DNA of 64,000 nt from the human T2T-CHM13v2.0 reference genome, Homo sapiens. Shown here piece by piece: positions 31,620 to 52,471 of the stretch. The notes below the pieces were generated by a model. That model was not told where the DNA came from, did no database searches, and was given only the letters and a program-made list of their open reading frames with translations. Numbering within the stretch: position 1 is the first letter of the stretch; each line of letters opens with the position of its first letter. The DNA is taken from assembly GCF_009914755.1 (NCBI RefSeq), contig NC_060925.1. One strand, 5' to 3'. Made by a program: the position numbers and the translations under genes.

Positions 31620-32073
31620 TGATGGGTTGCATTGTGTTTCCCAAGAAGAAATGCTGAAGTCCTAACCTCAGTACCTGTCAACATGACCTTATTTGGACAT
31701 AGGGTCTTTGCAGATGTAGCCAAGTTAAGATGAGGTATGCTGGAGTAGAGAGGGCCCTTAATTCAATATGACTGGTGCACTTACTAAAGGAGGAGAGATG
31801 CCGAGACACAGACACAGGAGGGGGCAGGCCATGGGAAGACAGAGATTGAAGTGCTGCAGCTACAAGTCAAGGAGCACCTAGGGTTATCAGCATCACCAGA
31901 AGCTAAAAGAGGCAAGAAAGGACTCTCCCCTGCAGGTTTCAGAGGGAGTGGGTCCTGCTGACACCTCGATCTCAGATTTCTAGTCTCCAGAACTGTGAGA
32001 CAATAAACTTGTGTTGTTTCAAGCCACCCAGTTTGTAGTGCTTTGCTCCTGGCACTCCTAGGAAATGAAGACA
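31620..32073 (+). mobile_element. MLT1C LTR
   Basis: 'gaccttatttgga.atagggtctttgcagatgta...tccagaactgtgagacaataaa...aagccacccagtttgt'. Confidence 0.85.
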
Positions 32074-32574
32074 GTGCTATGGGGGAGGAGTTGAAGACCC
32101 TGGGCTTTGAAATCAGATCTGGATTTGAATGAAGTTTCAATCACATACCAGTTGATGATGATTTGGGCACATTTCTCACTAAGTCTCATTTCTTTCTTGA
32201 AACCTAAGTGGCCCATAAAAGGGAAATGATGAAACTAATCTTGTTAGAAGGGCTATTGCAAAATGAAATGAGACAAGGTGTGTATATTAGTTAGGAATGT
32301 TTTTATTGAAAGGAGAAATTCAACATGACTCAGTAAAAATGGGTCTTTGGTGTAAGAATTGTGGGATGTCTCAATCCAACTTGGCCCTAGATTCTAACAT
32401 TGGCAGCTCTTCATTTTTCTTTCCTGCCCCCCTCTGAATATCTGAACACAAGCTTCTTCTTCCATTCCCCTCTCTCTCCCTTCCATTAAACCAGGTGCCT
32501 CTACTTTTCCATTCTTCCAAACTTTGCCTCCTACAGCTTTAGCCGCCTGGAAGAAACTAATTTGAACCTCCCTC

Positions 32575-33016
<442 letters not shown>

Positions 33017-33240
33017 TAATTTGAACCTCCCTCACCTTGCAAATCCAAAAGTCCAATGGGAGTGGGAGAGACGTAATGGTCCACTTGAAGTCAGATGTCC
33101 CACCCTCACCCCAACCAGCTATGCCCAGAGAAGAGGTTTGTATATTCCCAAACGCATTGCGAAAATTACAGGAGACAATATATAAAAATTACTTTGGAGA
33201 ACTGTGACAAGTGTAGTGTCGTTATTTCCTATTTGATTTG

Positions 33241-33392
<152 letters not shown>

Positions 33393-33638
33393 TAATTCAT
33401 CGCTCCATAATGGGGACTTTCCATCTTTCTGCCTCCTCTACTCCCTCAGCCCTGCCCTGCTGCCCTTCTTTCCACTCCACCCAAATCCTTCCTGGGCTTC
33501 AAGTCCTTACTCAAATCTTTCCAATCCACAGCCATAGAAGTCTTCTCTATTTGCAAATTCCTATTACCCTTAGAGTTGATTTCTCTCACAGTTAAGTCCT
33601 TAATTGTCTTCTAATTGGTCCTTGGCCTAGATCCTAAG

Positions 33639-33652
33639 TCACCAGAGGGCAG
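33639..33652 (+). promoter_or_regulatory. CTCF-like motif
   Basis: TCACCAGAGGGCAG, one mismatch to the core consensus. Confidence 0.4.
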
Positions 33653-33888
33653 GAAGCATGTCTTCTTGTGCTCCTAGAGCCTTGTGCTGCTTCACATATT
33701 TCCAGGCACTAGGAGGTGCCCCTCTGCAGTGCTGGTCCTGTCCCACCACCCCCCCCCGCCCCACCCCAAGGGTTCCTTGGAAGTTGTTGCCTGCAGGCTT
33801 CCTCCCCACTGACCTGGAACTCCAGAGAGGCCCCAAGATAAACACAACGAAAGCCCTCAAATCTGCAAAATCTGCAAAAGATTTAGAT

Positions 33889-34068
33889 TAGGGGTGTCCA
33901 ATCTTTTGGCTTTTCTGGGCCACTCTGGAAGAAGAACTGTCTTGGGTCACATATAAAATACACTAACACTAACGACAGCTGATGAGCTAAAAAAAAATTG
34001 CAAAAAAATCTCATCGTGTTTTAAGAAAGTTTCTGAATTTGTGTTGGGCCGCGGGTTGAACAAACTTG
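33889..34068 (+). mobile_element. MER30 (hAT)
   Basis: AGGGGTGTCCAATCTTTTGGCTT start; 8-bp TSD ATTTAGA(T/C). Confidence 0.88.
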
Positions 34069-34740
34069 ATTTAGACCGTGTTACTGCTACTCAAGGTCTG
34101 CAGGGCTGTTTCCCTCACATTGCGCATGATGTAACCAGTTCACCTAATTGCAACCGATTTCAACTTCATGCTATTGGATTTGTTTCCCTAAGGTATCAGA
34201 TTCCAGAAAGGTCCTACTCTTCCCCAAATCAGCTGGGGAGGTGCGCGCAGCCTATTTTCTACCTGCTTTCTGGTTTAGTCTTGCTCAGAAGCCTGGGCAG
34301 GCCAAGTGGGTGCTCCCCTGGGCTGATCCTGACATTGGGCCACAATGGGAGATGTGGTGGAGGAGCGTTATTACTAGGAAGCAAATTAGAACCTTTATCA
34401 TAAGGAGGCAAAGTCTTGCCTGGGAAGAAAAGAGCACATGCTAAGTTAAGGTAAAGAGACCAGGACAAAGAAAAAAAAAAAAAGCTAAACATAAATTGCA
34501 AGATGTTCAGGCATGGTGAAACTAAAATAGCTCTTTCTAGATTGTTCCATCAAAAAAATTCAAAATACGATACGTTCATTGAAGCTGAACTTTTGTTCTC
34601 TCCCTCCCACCCTTCTTCATTCCTTTCCTTCTTCCTTCCCTCTCTTCCTCTTTCTTTCTGCCCTTGTTTGCCACTTGACTAAGCAAGAACACAGCCACAT
34701 ATTCCAGCTTTCGGCTTATGGAGAGTGCTGGAAAACTGAA

Positions 34741-35307
<567 letters not shown>

Positions 35308-35310
<3 letters not shown>

Positions 35311-35450
35311 ATCCTAGTTCTCATATTTACTAGCCGTGTGACTTTGGGCAAAGTACTTAACCTCTCTGAGCCTAGATTCCTCATCTGAAAGCCTGGCCAG
35401 TGCCAACTACCAAGTTGTTGACATGAAGATTAAATGAGAAACTACTTATA
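35308..35450 (+). mobile_element. MIR (3' part; 5' part at ~34822-34860)
   Basis: 'tgaatcctagttc...tactagccgtgtgactttgggcaaagtacttaacctctctgagcct...cctcatctg'. Confidence 0.85.
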
Positions 35451-35463
35451 ACACATGGAGCTA

Positions 35464-35928
<465 letters not shown>

Positions 35929-36764
35929 TTATTTCCCAGAGCCTGGCCTTGCCCTGTTCTCCCTGCCTTCTTGTGTAGCTGGATTCTTGTGAATAACCCG
36001 GGTCTGCCCCCGGGACTTCCACCACGTGTGCTATACCTCTGAGGCTGCACACTCTCCCACCCAGTGATTTCCCATGGGTTTTCTGCCCCTAACTATCCTG
36101 GATCTACCCCAGCCCTATTTAGACCATCTACCTGCTGGCCTTTTTTATTCACTTATTCATTCATTTCACAAAATACTTTTCGGTCCATCTGCCCCACAAG
36201 ACTTTCAGCTTCTTGCCAGCTCCCCAACAGCCCCACCCTCAGGCTTATCCCTCCCTCCCTGGAGGCTGGCTGCATCAGAGGTTACCTTCACCCGCTGCCA
36301 GGAGCAAATGCTGACACTCAGTCGATATTTGTTGACTAAATAAACACATAGAAAAAGACTTTTTAAAAAATTACCACCCCTTCTAGATCCCCAGCCCCCG
36401 TTCAGGCTGATGCAATCCAAATTTCTCTGCACCATGATGAGTTCAGTGCTGGCAGCTTGGTGATGGCGCATAAGTAACTAGGTTTCCCAGCTCTCAGGCA
36501 GCCATTCCCAGCACCTCTGTGAGTTTCTGATTTTCAACTATCCCTGGGGCTTACAAATGCTAATAGTGGCTCTCTTCACATTACTGTAATAATACTTAGC
36601 ACTCATGTCCTGACATAAAATCAGTTCAAGTGCTCCCACACCCCCTGGTGAGGTAGGACCCTTATAGCATGCTGCTGTAAAATGAGCAGCTGAAGGTGCT
36701 GGGGTGCAGCTAGGGCCACACTTGGCTTTGATCTGAAATACCAATTTCTTTTTTTAATTGCTTT

Positions 36765-39020
<2,256 letters not shown>

Positions 39021-39626
39021 GAAAGGCCAATTTCAAATTACTATATTCTCAGATGTATCTTCATCTGACTCCCCAGCGGCCCCCTGCCCTGCAGGTATTT
39101 GCTGTCTCCTGAATATTCAAATGGACAGTCCCTCCCTCAGACTCCACCCAACGGGAGGCCTGGGCTGACTGTCCGGAGGGTGGTGCTTCCCCTTCCTTCC
39201 CAGGGCCAAAAACCAAACAAAACCCTGGTAGACATGTGATAGAATAATCATAAATACATAAAATTAGCCATGTAAATTGTGAAACATTAAGTTTCAGTTC
39301 CACAGACTGTGAAAATAGCAAAGTTTCCAACAAGGTCGAAAAAGTTAATAAGCACTGGGAGAGATGAACAGAATACCCCCGTGTCCCAGGTGAGAAGAAA
39401 CCCTGGGCAGGGATGGATCTGACTCATCTGGAGCAGCCCAGAGCCCCCGCAAAGCCGGCCACCCCAACACCTAGCATTGCCTGGAAGAAAATGAGAAACT
39501 CCACGTGCCCCAAAGCACCCCCCGGGGTGCTCCCCTCCCTACCAAGTGGTTAAAGACAAAAAAAAAATCACTAAAATGTACATGTATCATTAAATGCACA
39601 TAAAATGCACCTATATAAGAAGAGGA

Positions 39627-39935
<309 letters not shown>

Positions 39936-39962
39936 CTATGAGCCTCAAGAAATGCAACTAGG

Positions 39963-40272
39963 GGCCGGGCGCGGTGGCTCACGCCTGTAATCCCAGCATT
40001 TTGGGAGGCCGAGGCGGGTGGATCACGAGGTCAGGAGATTGAGACCATCCTGGCTAACACGGTGAAACCCCGTCTCTACTAAAAATACGAAAAAAAAAAA
40101 AAATTAGCTGGGCGTGGTGGCAGGCGCCTGTAGTCCCAGCTACTCGGGAGGCTGAGGCAGGAGAATGGCGTGAATGGGGAGGCGGAGCTTGCAGTGAGCC
40201 GAGATCGCGCCACTGCACTCCAGCCTGTGTGACAGAGTGAGACTCCGTATCAAAAAAAAAAAAAAAAAAAAA
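39963..40272 (+). mobile_element. AluY
   Basis: Y diagnostics (ggctaacacgg, gagaatggcgtgaa, ggagcttgcag), CpG-rich; perfect TSD AAGAAATGCAACTAG. Confidence 0.93.
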
Positions 40273-41153
40273 AAGAAATGCAACTAGTCCTTCTTTCAGC
40301 TGCACAAATGGTTCCTTGCTCTCATTCCATGTTTCTCAAACTGGAATACATGTTCAAAAAGGCAGATCCTGAAAGGGACGGGGGCAGAGGAGGGGCGATG
40401 GGGATCTAAAAGTACTCCCAGCCAGGGGCAAACTTAGCACATTTCCTGGAGCTTTAGAGTTACTTGTTGTTTAGCTTCTCCACTTTTTTAAAAAAACAAC
40501 ATTTTTATATGAAAACAAATTGGACTAGTATGGAATGAAATGCAAACTTTCCATGAACTTTTAAAATCTAACATCAGTTTTCAAAGAAATCTCTCACCTC
40601 TGGCCAGAGAGGTGTATTTATGTCTTCTGGTCTCAGGGTTCCTAGGTGGAAGTTGGAAGATCACTGAATTTGTTTTCATCTCAGAAGATGCAGAGTCTCA
40701 TCTTGCTGGAATGAGGTTCCCTAGGTGCTGGGGGGTGGGTCAGGGGGTACAGATCAGGGTCAAGCTGAGGATGGCCCAGTGGCAACCCAGAGCTCCCCAC
40801 TGAGAAGGTGGGCCTCCTCCATGTGGCCTGTGGGTCTTAGCTCTTGGGCTACGGGGAGCAGACCCATGAAAGGCTGGGAGGTGAGCTCCTAGGTAGAGGT
40901 GGAGGAGAGATGGAGACAGGAGAGAGGGAGGGTAGCACTGGAGGGGACAGTATAGACAGGGAGCCCTCAGTGACCTCAACAAGAAATCTGTGAACAGTTC
41001 TGTTCAAACCCAACCAAGGGATGCTTCAGAATCACAGAGTGTAGGCACCGAAGGGAACTAGAAATATTCTAGTGCAAACCCCTCATTTTACAGTTGGGAA
41101 AACTGAGGTTCAAAGCATTCGGCTGACTTGCAGGAGGTCACAAACCTGATTAG

Positions 41154-41558
<405 letters not shown>

Positions 41559-42694
41559 TGAGTCAGAAAACATTATCCTGCTGAAATAAAACACATATGA
41601 AAAGATAATTGCAGAAAGGAACAAAAGTAGTTTAAAAGCAAAATTATTAAAACCACAGTAAGAAAAAAGAAGGGTTGCTAATCAGATCAGCATTTTCGCC
41701 CAACGAGCAACCGAGTTTGTTGTCCCCAGATTAGTTTGTAGGGTTCAAAGCTATTGGATGTAGTGTGAGCTCTAAGAGTTTTTTCACCAAGCAGGATTGA
41801 GGACTCCCGGCATTGTCTCTGAAAACATTTTCACGCCATTTTATGTAAAAACAAAACAAAAATACCTTATGCCACTTGACTTTGCAGTGCCTGACTTATT
41901 TACCTAGAAGCTAGAAACTTCACCTCATTACAAAGATGCGAGTCAGAGCTACAAAATGCAAAACCAGTGTGAGGAACAAGGGATCCTGGAGAGGCAGCTT
42001 TAGCAGTTGGGCAGGGCCTCTTGCAGGAGGTCACCCTGAAGATTTTCCATGGTGTTTTTATGGTAAGGAGGACTGGGAATTGTTGCTCCATAAATATATG
42101 TGCTGTGTTCTAACAAAAACCAGCTTTGCAGTGGTTCTAAGGCTGCCTCTGTCTCTGTCAAAAATCCTCAAATGGCAAAAACTAGGTGCTCAGTTTGACT
42201 GAACCATGAGAAAAATAAAAGTTCCCATTCAGAAACTGCCTGCTAATTATTCCGGGGACATTCTTCCTGTCAATCTTTTATTAATTATCCAGGGGAAGTG
42301 ATTCTGTAAAGCAACACACAGTGAAATGATTCATCTGACATAACTTCCTTCATTTTGCATCCAATTGAAACAGTTCCAGAAGCCTCAACTAGCAATAAAG
42401 TTGGGAGAAAACTAAACTGAATGCCCTCCAAAAACACAGCCATGTTCTCAGCTGCATTCCACAGCAGAAGCATGGGCTTAGGCAAAAACAATAGGTAAGG
42501 ACGACATACCTTCCATTTCCCCAGGTGTTTATAATGAATAATGGATTCAACGAATAAATTCCAATAAATGACTGAATACATTTCCATAACTAATGACTCA
42601 AGTGATGAGTAAGAACACTGCAGAGTCTCAAGTATATATTTAAAACACTATAAATTCTAAAAGTTTAAATTATACATTTAAAAATATTATATAG

Positions 42695-43498
<804 letters not shown>

Positions 43499-43600
43499 GC
43501 AATGTGATGTTTTAATACACGTGTACATTGAGGACTGTTTACTACAGCCAGCCTAATACTTTTCTCCTTGTCTGTCTCACTTTCTTTCCTTAAAGGTACA

Positions 43601-43647
43601 TATACACTTATATGCACTTATATGCACCTATATGCACCTATACACTT
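43601..43647. repeat. Decamer tandem repeat (TATRCACYTA) x~4.5
   Basis: tatacactta tatgcactta tatgcaccta tatgcaccta. Confidence 0.85.
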
Positions 43648-44129
43648 CTCTTTTTCTGATTTACGTCAGATGAATGACTGTGTAGCAGAGATCAAGGGTA
43701 ACAAAAGTATTCCTTTAAATGCACAGACTGAATTCAAGGAAAAGACGTGCTTAGGAAGCTGTGCCTACACACGACAAAACTGAAAATATACTACCCCTTA
43801 ACCACAGACAGTTGCTGAGTGCACTGAGTTTCAGAAGCCTTTAAAAAAGATTTCATCAGTCAGTCAAAGGCATGGATTTTAAATGCAATTACTGTGTATA
43901 ATTAGCCGTTTCATCTTCAGTGTCAGTGAATTTGGAATTTAATCTCTGATTGCACAAAATAGAATACTAAGTAGCTTACTCAATAGAAGGGCTGGTTTCG
44001 TTGTTTGTTGGTGGCCAGATAATGTGGCCAAATCCCTTACAGCAGCCATCGGACAAAGGTTGAAGAGAAACGAATGGAGACAAGGCACTGACTCTTATTA
44101 GATGTGTAGGTGTCTTTAAAGACACAGTT

Positions 44130-44375
44130 CACAAGTCATCTCCTGGAAAATTCTGTCCTCCCCTAGCCCATGCCGGTGGAGCTGGTTACCCCCACCTCAC
44201 ATATGTCATTTAACACGTGCTGCACCACAGCAATCCAATTGTCTCCATGTCTACTTTCCTTACAAGATTATGAGTTCCTTGAGGGCAGGGACTTTTATAC
44301 TTCGTGTTTTTACACAGAGCATAGTGCCTGGCCCACCACAGCATTCAATAGATAAATGAATGAGTCAGTGAATGA
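44130..44375 (+). mobile_element. L2 3' end
   Basis: 'tatgagttccttgagggcagggac...catagtgcctggc...caata.at.aatgaatgag'. Confidence 0.8.
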
Positions 44376-44472
44376 GCCACCAATTGAAATCAACTAGAGG
44401 CCAGATTTACAAAAATAAGTAGTTTATAAATAGTTGTTCTCTACATCCCTAAAGAAAAAAATGAACTATCTG

Positions 44473-44788
<316 letters not shown>

Positions 44789-46001
44789 CTATCTAAATTA
44801 TGTTAGCTTCTCAGTCCTCTTCTAAGGACTCAATTCTCAGCCGCAGTCCCCACCTTCAAGTCACCAATAAGTGATTTGAAAACAACACTTTAAAATGTAT
44901 GAATAAAAATAGGCCATCAAGTTCAAGTGATGCTTCATGGATTGACCTTAATTCTGTTTCGGTCTATGACCTATCTGTGAAATTTATTTTTAGCTATTCC
45001 TGGAATATAAATTTCCTAAAGGCAAGAACTGTGTCTGTGCCATTCACTGCCATATCCTCAGCTCCCTGAACAATACCTAAACTACAGAAGTTGCTCAATA
45101 AATACATCTGGAGTGAATTCACGTGTGTGGCAGCCAGTGGGATAGAAGTTTGCTATTAAAAAATTATGAGCTACTTTCTTGTCTCCTGGGAAAATGTTTG
45201 ATAAATCAACCATGAAAAGAACATACATATCAGAGGCATAAAAAGATTGATGGTTTTATTGTAATGATTTTTATACTCCAAAGAATAAAAGAAACCCCAA
45301 AAACCTGTATGGAACTCACTGCAGGAAAATTTTCCCTCAAAATATGTCCCAAGTATTCCCAAATAAAGTCTTTCTCTTGGCACCAGAGGAAACGCAGAGA
45401 TGAGCATTGTGGCAGATCCCTAGCTCGCTCTGGGAGTCAGCTGGCCAAATCTAAAATTGGTTTGTTGAGTCAGAGGCAGGAGAGGAAAGTTGCCCCCGAT
45501 AGTAGAGAAATTGGGTTAGCAGCAGAAATGGCACCTCCCAGCCCCCTCCCAGCTGAACTAAATGTATACTACCGCACGCAGAATGGACGTGTGTCACGCA
45601 GTTGTGATACGTGATTGTACATCCCTGCAGCCACCGCGGGAGTGAGGAGAATGGAAAAAGACAAAGACCCCACTGTGGTTTCTAAAAACTAGGATTTCCA
45701 TAGGTGACATGAGAGATTCGTAATTCCCACATGAAGCTATTTGCCAAATGACTGATTCCAAAGCCTGAGAGAGAAAGGTTGGGTTCCCAAATCAGCACAC
45801 TGTTTTCGTGATGGCAACAGAAACACTGGGAAACATGAAGGAGGATGTTCCAGTTTTTCTTGTGTCCAGGCCCTCAGCCCCAGACCCTTGAGGGAAGCAA
45901 AAGCTCTGGTTAGTGAACTGGTGTATGGGATCCTCAGTGAGGGCCAGGGAGGCTGTGCGACCACCCCAGTGAAGAATCCCGGGGAGCTAGAACAAGCGTA
46001 A

Positions 46002-46808
<807 letters not shown>

Positions 46809-46865
46809 GCAGCACAGACCTAGCACTTGCCAGCACATATACCTCATGCCCATTATCACTCACCC

Positions 46866-47075
46866 TGTGTGTGCTTTTCTGTAGGTAGGTGTGTGAGTGT
46901 ACTTGTGCATGCATGCACGTGTGTGCATGTGTCTATGTACGTGTATGGGTGTGCCTGTATGTGTGTGCGCGCACGTTTTTAAGCACGTGTCTATGCATGT
47001 GTATGAGTGTGCTTGTACGTGTGTGTGCACACATGCCTATATGTGAGCACCTGTGTGTATAAGCGTGTGTATGTT
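46866..47075. repeat. Degenerate (TG/CA/CG/TA)n alternating purine-pyrimidine tract
   Basis: Read directly. Confidence 0.9.
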
Positions 47076-47679
47076 TGGCAGTGTGACATGCGGTGAGGGA
47101 GGACGATTTCGAGGGAGGAGAGTTGAGGCCTAATTCCCAACGGTTATTTGCTCTTCAGTCTGAGACAAGTCCCTGAGCCTGAGGATTTGTTTTTCATCTA
47201 TAAAAATGTGATGGTAAGAAACACTACATTGGCTACCCTGCAGAGATCATTAAAGCCCTGCCTAAATGGCAATGTACCGTGAATACGCTAACCATTATTA
47301 ACTTTGTGCTTCTTTTTTCTCTTTTGCCACAGCTACCTCTGATCGTTAGACTGCGTGTTAGAACCAAATGCCCAGAGCTAGGGTTGTAAGCCACTAAAAA
47401 TAGACTTGTGGGCTCCCTGGCAAGGGTGGGCTGGCTGTAACCCTCACATGGGATTGAGGTTGCTATGCAGCTTTGTCAGGGGCTAGGTAGTTTGTGTTGT
47501 TTCCACCAAGCTGTCCGCCCTGTCTGCGGCTTCTCTTGTTGTTCACCAAGCTGATATATTGATTGCTCATGCCTTCCCACCTTATCACTGAAAAGATGTG
47601 TGTTTGTAAACTGCATTAGGAACTCTCTCCAAAAGCTGTTCTGTAAGTGATAACCATTGCAGTGACTAAGGTGTACTAA

Positions 47680-47885
47680 TCACTTTTGTGCCAGGCACTT
47701 TGCCAAGCACACTACAGAATTTATCTCATTTAATCCTTATGACATTCCTTAAAATAAATAATATTATCTCCATTTTATAGATGAGGAAACCGAAGCTTAG
47801 AGAGGATAAATGCTTGCCCAACAACACATAGCAATCAAGCAAAACTCAAGGGGTCTAACCCAGAGTTTTTGCTCTGAACCATAGT
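47680..47885 (-). mobile_element. MIR
   Basis: 'tatctcatttaatcct...ccattttatagatgaggaaaccgaagcttagagagg'. Confidence 0.85.
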
Positions 47886-48167
47886 TGCCCAGCTCAGCCA
47901 GTCATTCAGTATCTCTGCCCACAGGGGACCCATGGAGTTTGGGAGAAGAGAAAAGTGAGGAGACCATATTCAGGATGTGTAGGCTGTATGTTAGGGTCAA
48001 AGGCTCCTTCCCACCTCCTTGCATGTGCCTATACTATTTTTCCCTCCTGGCTCCCACGGAAAAGAGAGTAACTCTAGTTAAATGCTGTCCCCAGGACAGT
48101 CCAGGTTCTCTTTTGGCCTGCCCCTTGCTGCTTCTCCATTCCTGCCATGGGATGCATGCCACCTTAG

Positions 48168-48944
<777 letters not shown>

Positions 48945-50317
48945 TGAATCTCTCTACTTCTGGGCAACTCTGTTTCCATTCTTCCGGGGTTCATGGGAGA
49001 GAACCTTCTTCAGAGAGGCTGATGCAAGAGCTCCAGGGGAGGGGCACTGAGGGCACATGAATTGTGGAACAGAAACAGCGATGGTTACAGCAGCTGGCAG
49101 AGTGAGGAAGCAGCGGTCTCGGGAGTCCCAGCCCGAAGGCAGATTTCCTGGCCACAAAAGCACCAACGGACAAGACTCCACCAACGGTGCCCCTTGGATG
49201 GTGGAGTCCAGCTGCCAAGCTCACTCAGGGGACAGTGGCTCTTTTCTCAGTCACTCATCATGGCACTAGGGATTAAGTGCATTTAATAACACCCCCACTC
49301 TGCATTTAATAACCCTCCAAAACCCAAATGACTCTCCTGCACATTGAAGCTGCTTAAACCATTGACTGTGATCAACTGCTATAGCAACTGCCTAACAGTC
49401 TGGAGGGGTGTGCACAGGGAAAACACCTCAACTACCACACATTACGTGTTCTTGCTGAGAGAGAGAAGGAAGGGACGTGAGTTCAAGGCTCCCTTTGCTC
49501 CTCGCAGATGGTACTTTTCAATGTAAAATATGCCAAGATGAATGTGGAGCTCAAGCTACTGGGACAGCGAATAAAGATGCCGGGAAAAGGAGGAAAGAGA
49601 TTTCACATGGGCAACGGTTGACAAGTCTTTCTTGTTTGTGGCTTGCAGTGAGCAGTGGACAGGCATTCTCAGATCAGGTCAGAGAGCAAGTCATCAATGG
49701 GGGCAAATTCCAGTCGGGTCTTTCAACCGACCGTTTTGTTCAATGAATGTCACACTGTAACAGGATAATTGGAGGGTTTGGGTAAGCTGGTGAGGGAATA
49801 AGGGCTTTTCCTAAGAATGATAAAAGCAGAGAGGCAGCTCTCAGCTCTAAGCTGGCTGCCCTGTTTCTGCAAAAATAGGTCCTTTAACATGGAGAAGCAG
49901 AAATCTAAACCTTCTTAAATCCCCTCGAATGTTTTGAATAGAACAAACACCTATTTAATGAAAGAAATACATTTTCAAAGATCATAGCAACAGGACACAC
50001 GAGCTGCTTGGTCACCTAAGTGTTTTTGGAAAAGGAAAAGAGCTATTCAGCATTAAAGATTCAGGAATGTCTGTTGACATATTAAGGAAACAACCTCAGG
50101 GGACAGCTGACAAGGCTCCAAGAAGCATCACCAAGGGAACAGTGACGCAAACGCATTCCGTTTTTACAGGCTGGCAGGCTGCCAGGTTCCCTCGCCTGAC
50201 GGCTGATGTAATGCTAATCCCTATCTGGGTGAGCGTTGCTTAGATATCAACTCAAGCAGCTCAGTCAGTTGCAATCAATAGCAGGATCCTTTTATAGAAG
50301 ATAGTAAAGGGAAAAAA

Positions 50318-50321
<4 letters not shown>

Positions 50322-50405
<84 letters not shown>
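50322..50405. repeat. Compound (TG)16(TA)6(GA)n microsatellite
   Basis: Read directly. Confidence 0.95.
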
Positions 50406-52471
50406 AAACCCCAGATTCTGGTGTTCTGCAAACCTATGCATCGTACAAAAAAAAAAAAACATTATGCACTCAGGTGTCTCCATATGGAGTATAGCCAGTT
50501 GTCTAGGAAAGATATTGCTATTTCATAAGACCAGTTCTTTTTTTAAAGCATAACTAAAGAATATGCCTAATTCCCAGCTGAGCTAAATAATGATGGAAGA
50601 AAACAGAAGACATTAGGTGGGAATGTGAAAATAATGATCTTTTTCATTATTGAATAAATGGGCTGATTCCTTTTAAACCTATGCGTAAAATATTACTTTT
50701 TAAAAACTTCTTTCTTCAAGACCACTGCTTTTCAGTTATTTTAGAATAAATAATAAGAACAGTAATTATGCACATTTTAATCAGTCGTGGATTGAAGGCT
50801 TATGTTAAGTGTCTCCTGTAATGTGTTGGCGGGGCCACTTTTCATTTTTTCTCTCAGGCATAGCAATTTTAACTGTCCAAGAGCAATAAAGAACTCATTC
50901 TAAAAACTCAATTCAATTATGTATATTCTTACTTATTTACAAGATTATACCTAGATGGAAGGAATCTATGTTGTCCTACACAAAAGACCAATAGCAAATA
51001 CATCCTTGGTTCCAAAGCCTTCAGAGTAGAAAATATTCAAACATTCCCCTTGCAACCCACCAAAAAGGTGGTGTGGGGGTGGAATGAGCACCAACAAAGA
51101 TAACCAAGCTATTTTTAATAATAATAAAATGAGCATAACTATGATAACATAGGGCAATAGACTTGTCAATCAAGCCCACAAGGATGGTAGTTACAGGGTA
51201 GAAATGACACATTATTAATATTTTATATGTTTATTGCACCTTTCTTTTAAGGTAGGTTTTATTTTGCTTTCAGCCTATAAGAAGTTTACAGATAAGCTTT
51301 ATAAACCTTGTAAATTACATGAAAAGCTGATGGGTATGTACATATTTTTCTGGGAGAAGGGCTCATAGATATCATTAGATTCTCAAAGGGATCCAGGGGC
51401 CCCCACCCCAAGGTTAAAACTGGTGAATTCTAAGGAGTTAAAAATCCTTTAGAAATTTGATTTCAATTATCCCCCACCTCCCAGTAAGATAATTTATTTA
51501 CAGGTAGAGAAAGTGGGAAACTGAGAGGCCAAGTTGCTCGCCCAAGTTCAAGGAAGCAGGCCGTCTATGATTATCTAGGCTGCTAGATGAGAAGGCCTCC
51601 TTGCTTAAGTTTCTATGGCATGCCCATTAGTCAGGAGCATCCCATTGGAGCAGAGCTCATAAGGGAAGGGCCAGGGAAAGCTTAGGATGCCTGCTGATTA
51701 GTTCAATTTCAACTCAAGGGACACACCTCGATTTCTAGCATCCTTCATACCCACCCAGCCTCTCTTACCCTCCCCACATTCCTACTGCCCAAAGTCTCCC
51801 TCTGATCAGGCCAAGGCTAAACAGAACACTCAACTGTAGTATTTTGAAATTGTAATAGTCTCCCATGAAAATGTAACTTTAGTATCACCTTTCTTTGATA
51901 AGGCAATGTTTGCTTCAGCATCTTGAAACACTTCCTGTCGGGCAGAAAGGATACAGAACAGGAAACAAGGGCGCAAGAAAATGAAGGAACTTCCCATTCT
52001 GTAGAAATTAAGATGCAAATTCAGTTCTCCAGACTCATAGCCCTGTCCATTCTATGTTACCTTTCAGTAGCTTGGCCTGGTGAATAGAGTCGTGTATTCT
52101 TTGAGTCCAGCTCCTCCTGCCTGGGGCAGAAGCTAGGAATGGATGGCACAGGGAAGTTAATTTCAGTTTTAAGTAAGGAGCTGAGAAATAGCCGGGCTTG
52201 AAGGCATGAAGATGAGAATTTCTTCCCTTTTTTGAAGCAATAATGTTTAATGCCATTTGTATGGTTATAAAATAATATTCGTTCATAGTAGAAAATTCAG
52301 GGGGAAAAACTAAAAAGAAGAGGAAGCAAAAAATACCTGAAATCCCATCTCTCCTAGATCTCACACTAAGTAAACAAATAACTTGGTTATTAGGACTGGA
52401 CCTGCCTCTTTTTGTGTCCCCGAAGAAGTCACAAGTGCTTGGTTTCTTTGTGAGGAAGATACAAATAATTG

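Noticed and set aside
49278-49316. 13-bp direct repeat TGCATTTAATAAC
   Set aside because: Simple slippage duplication; two copies only.
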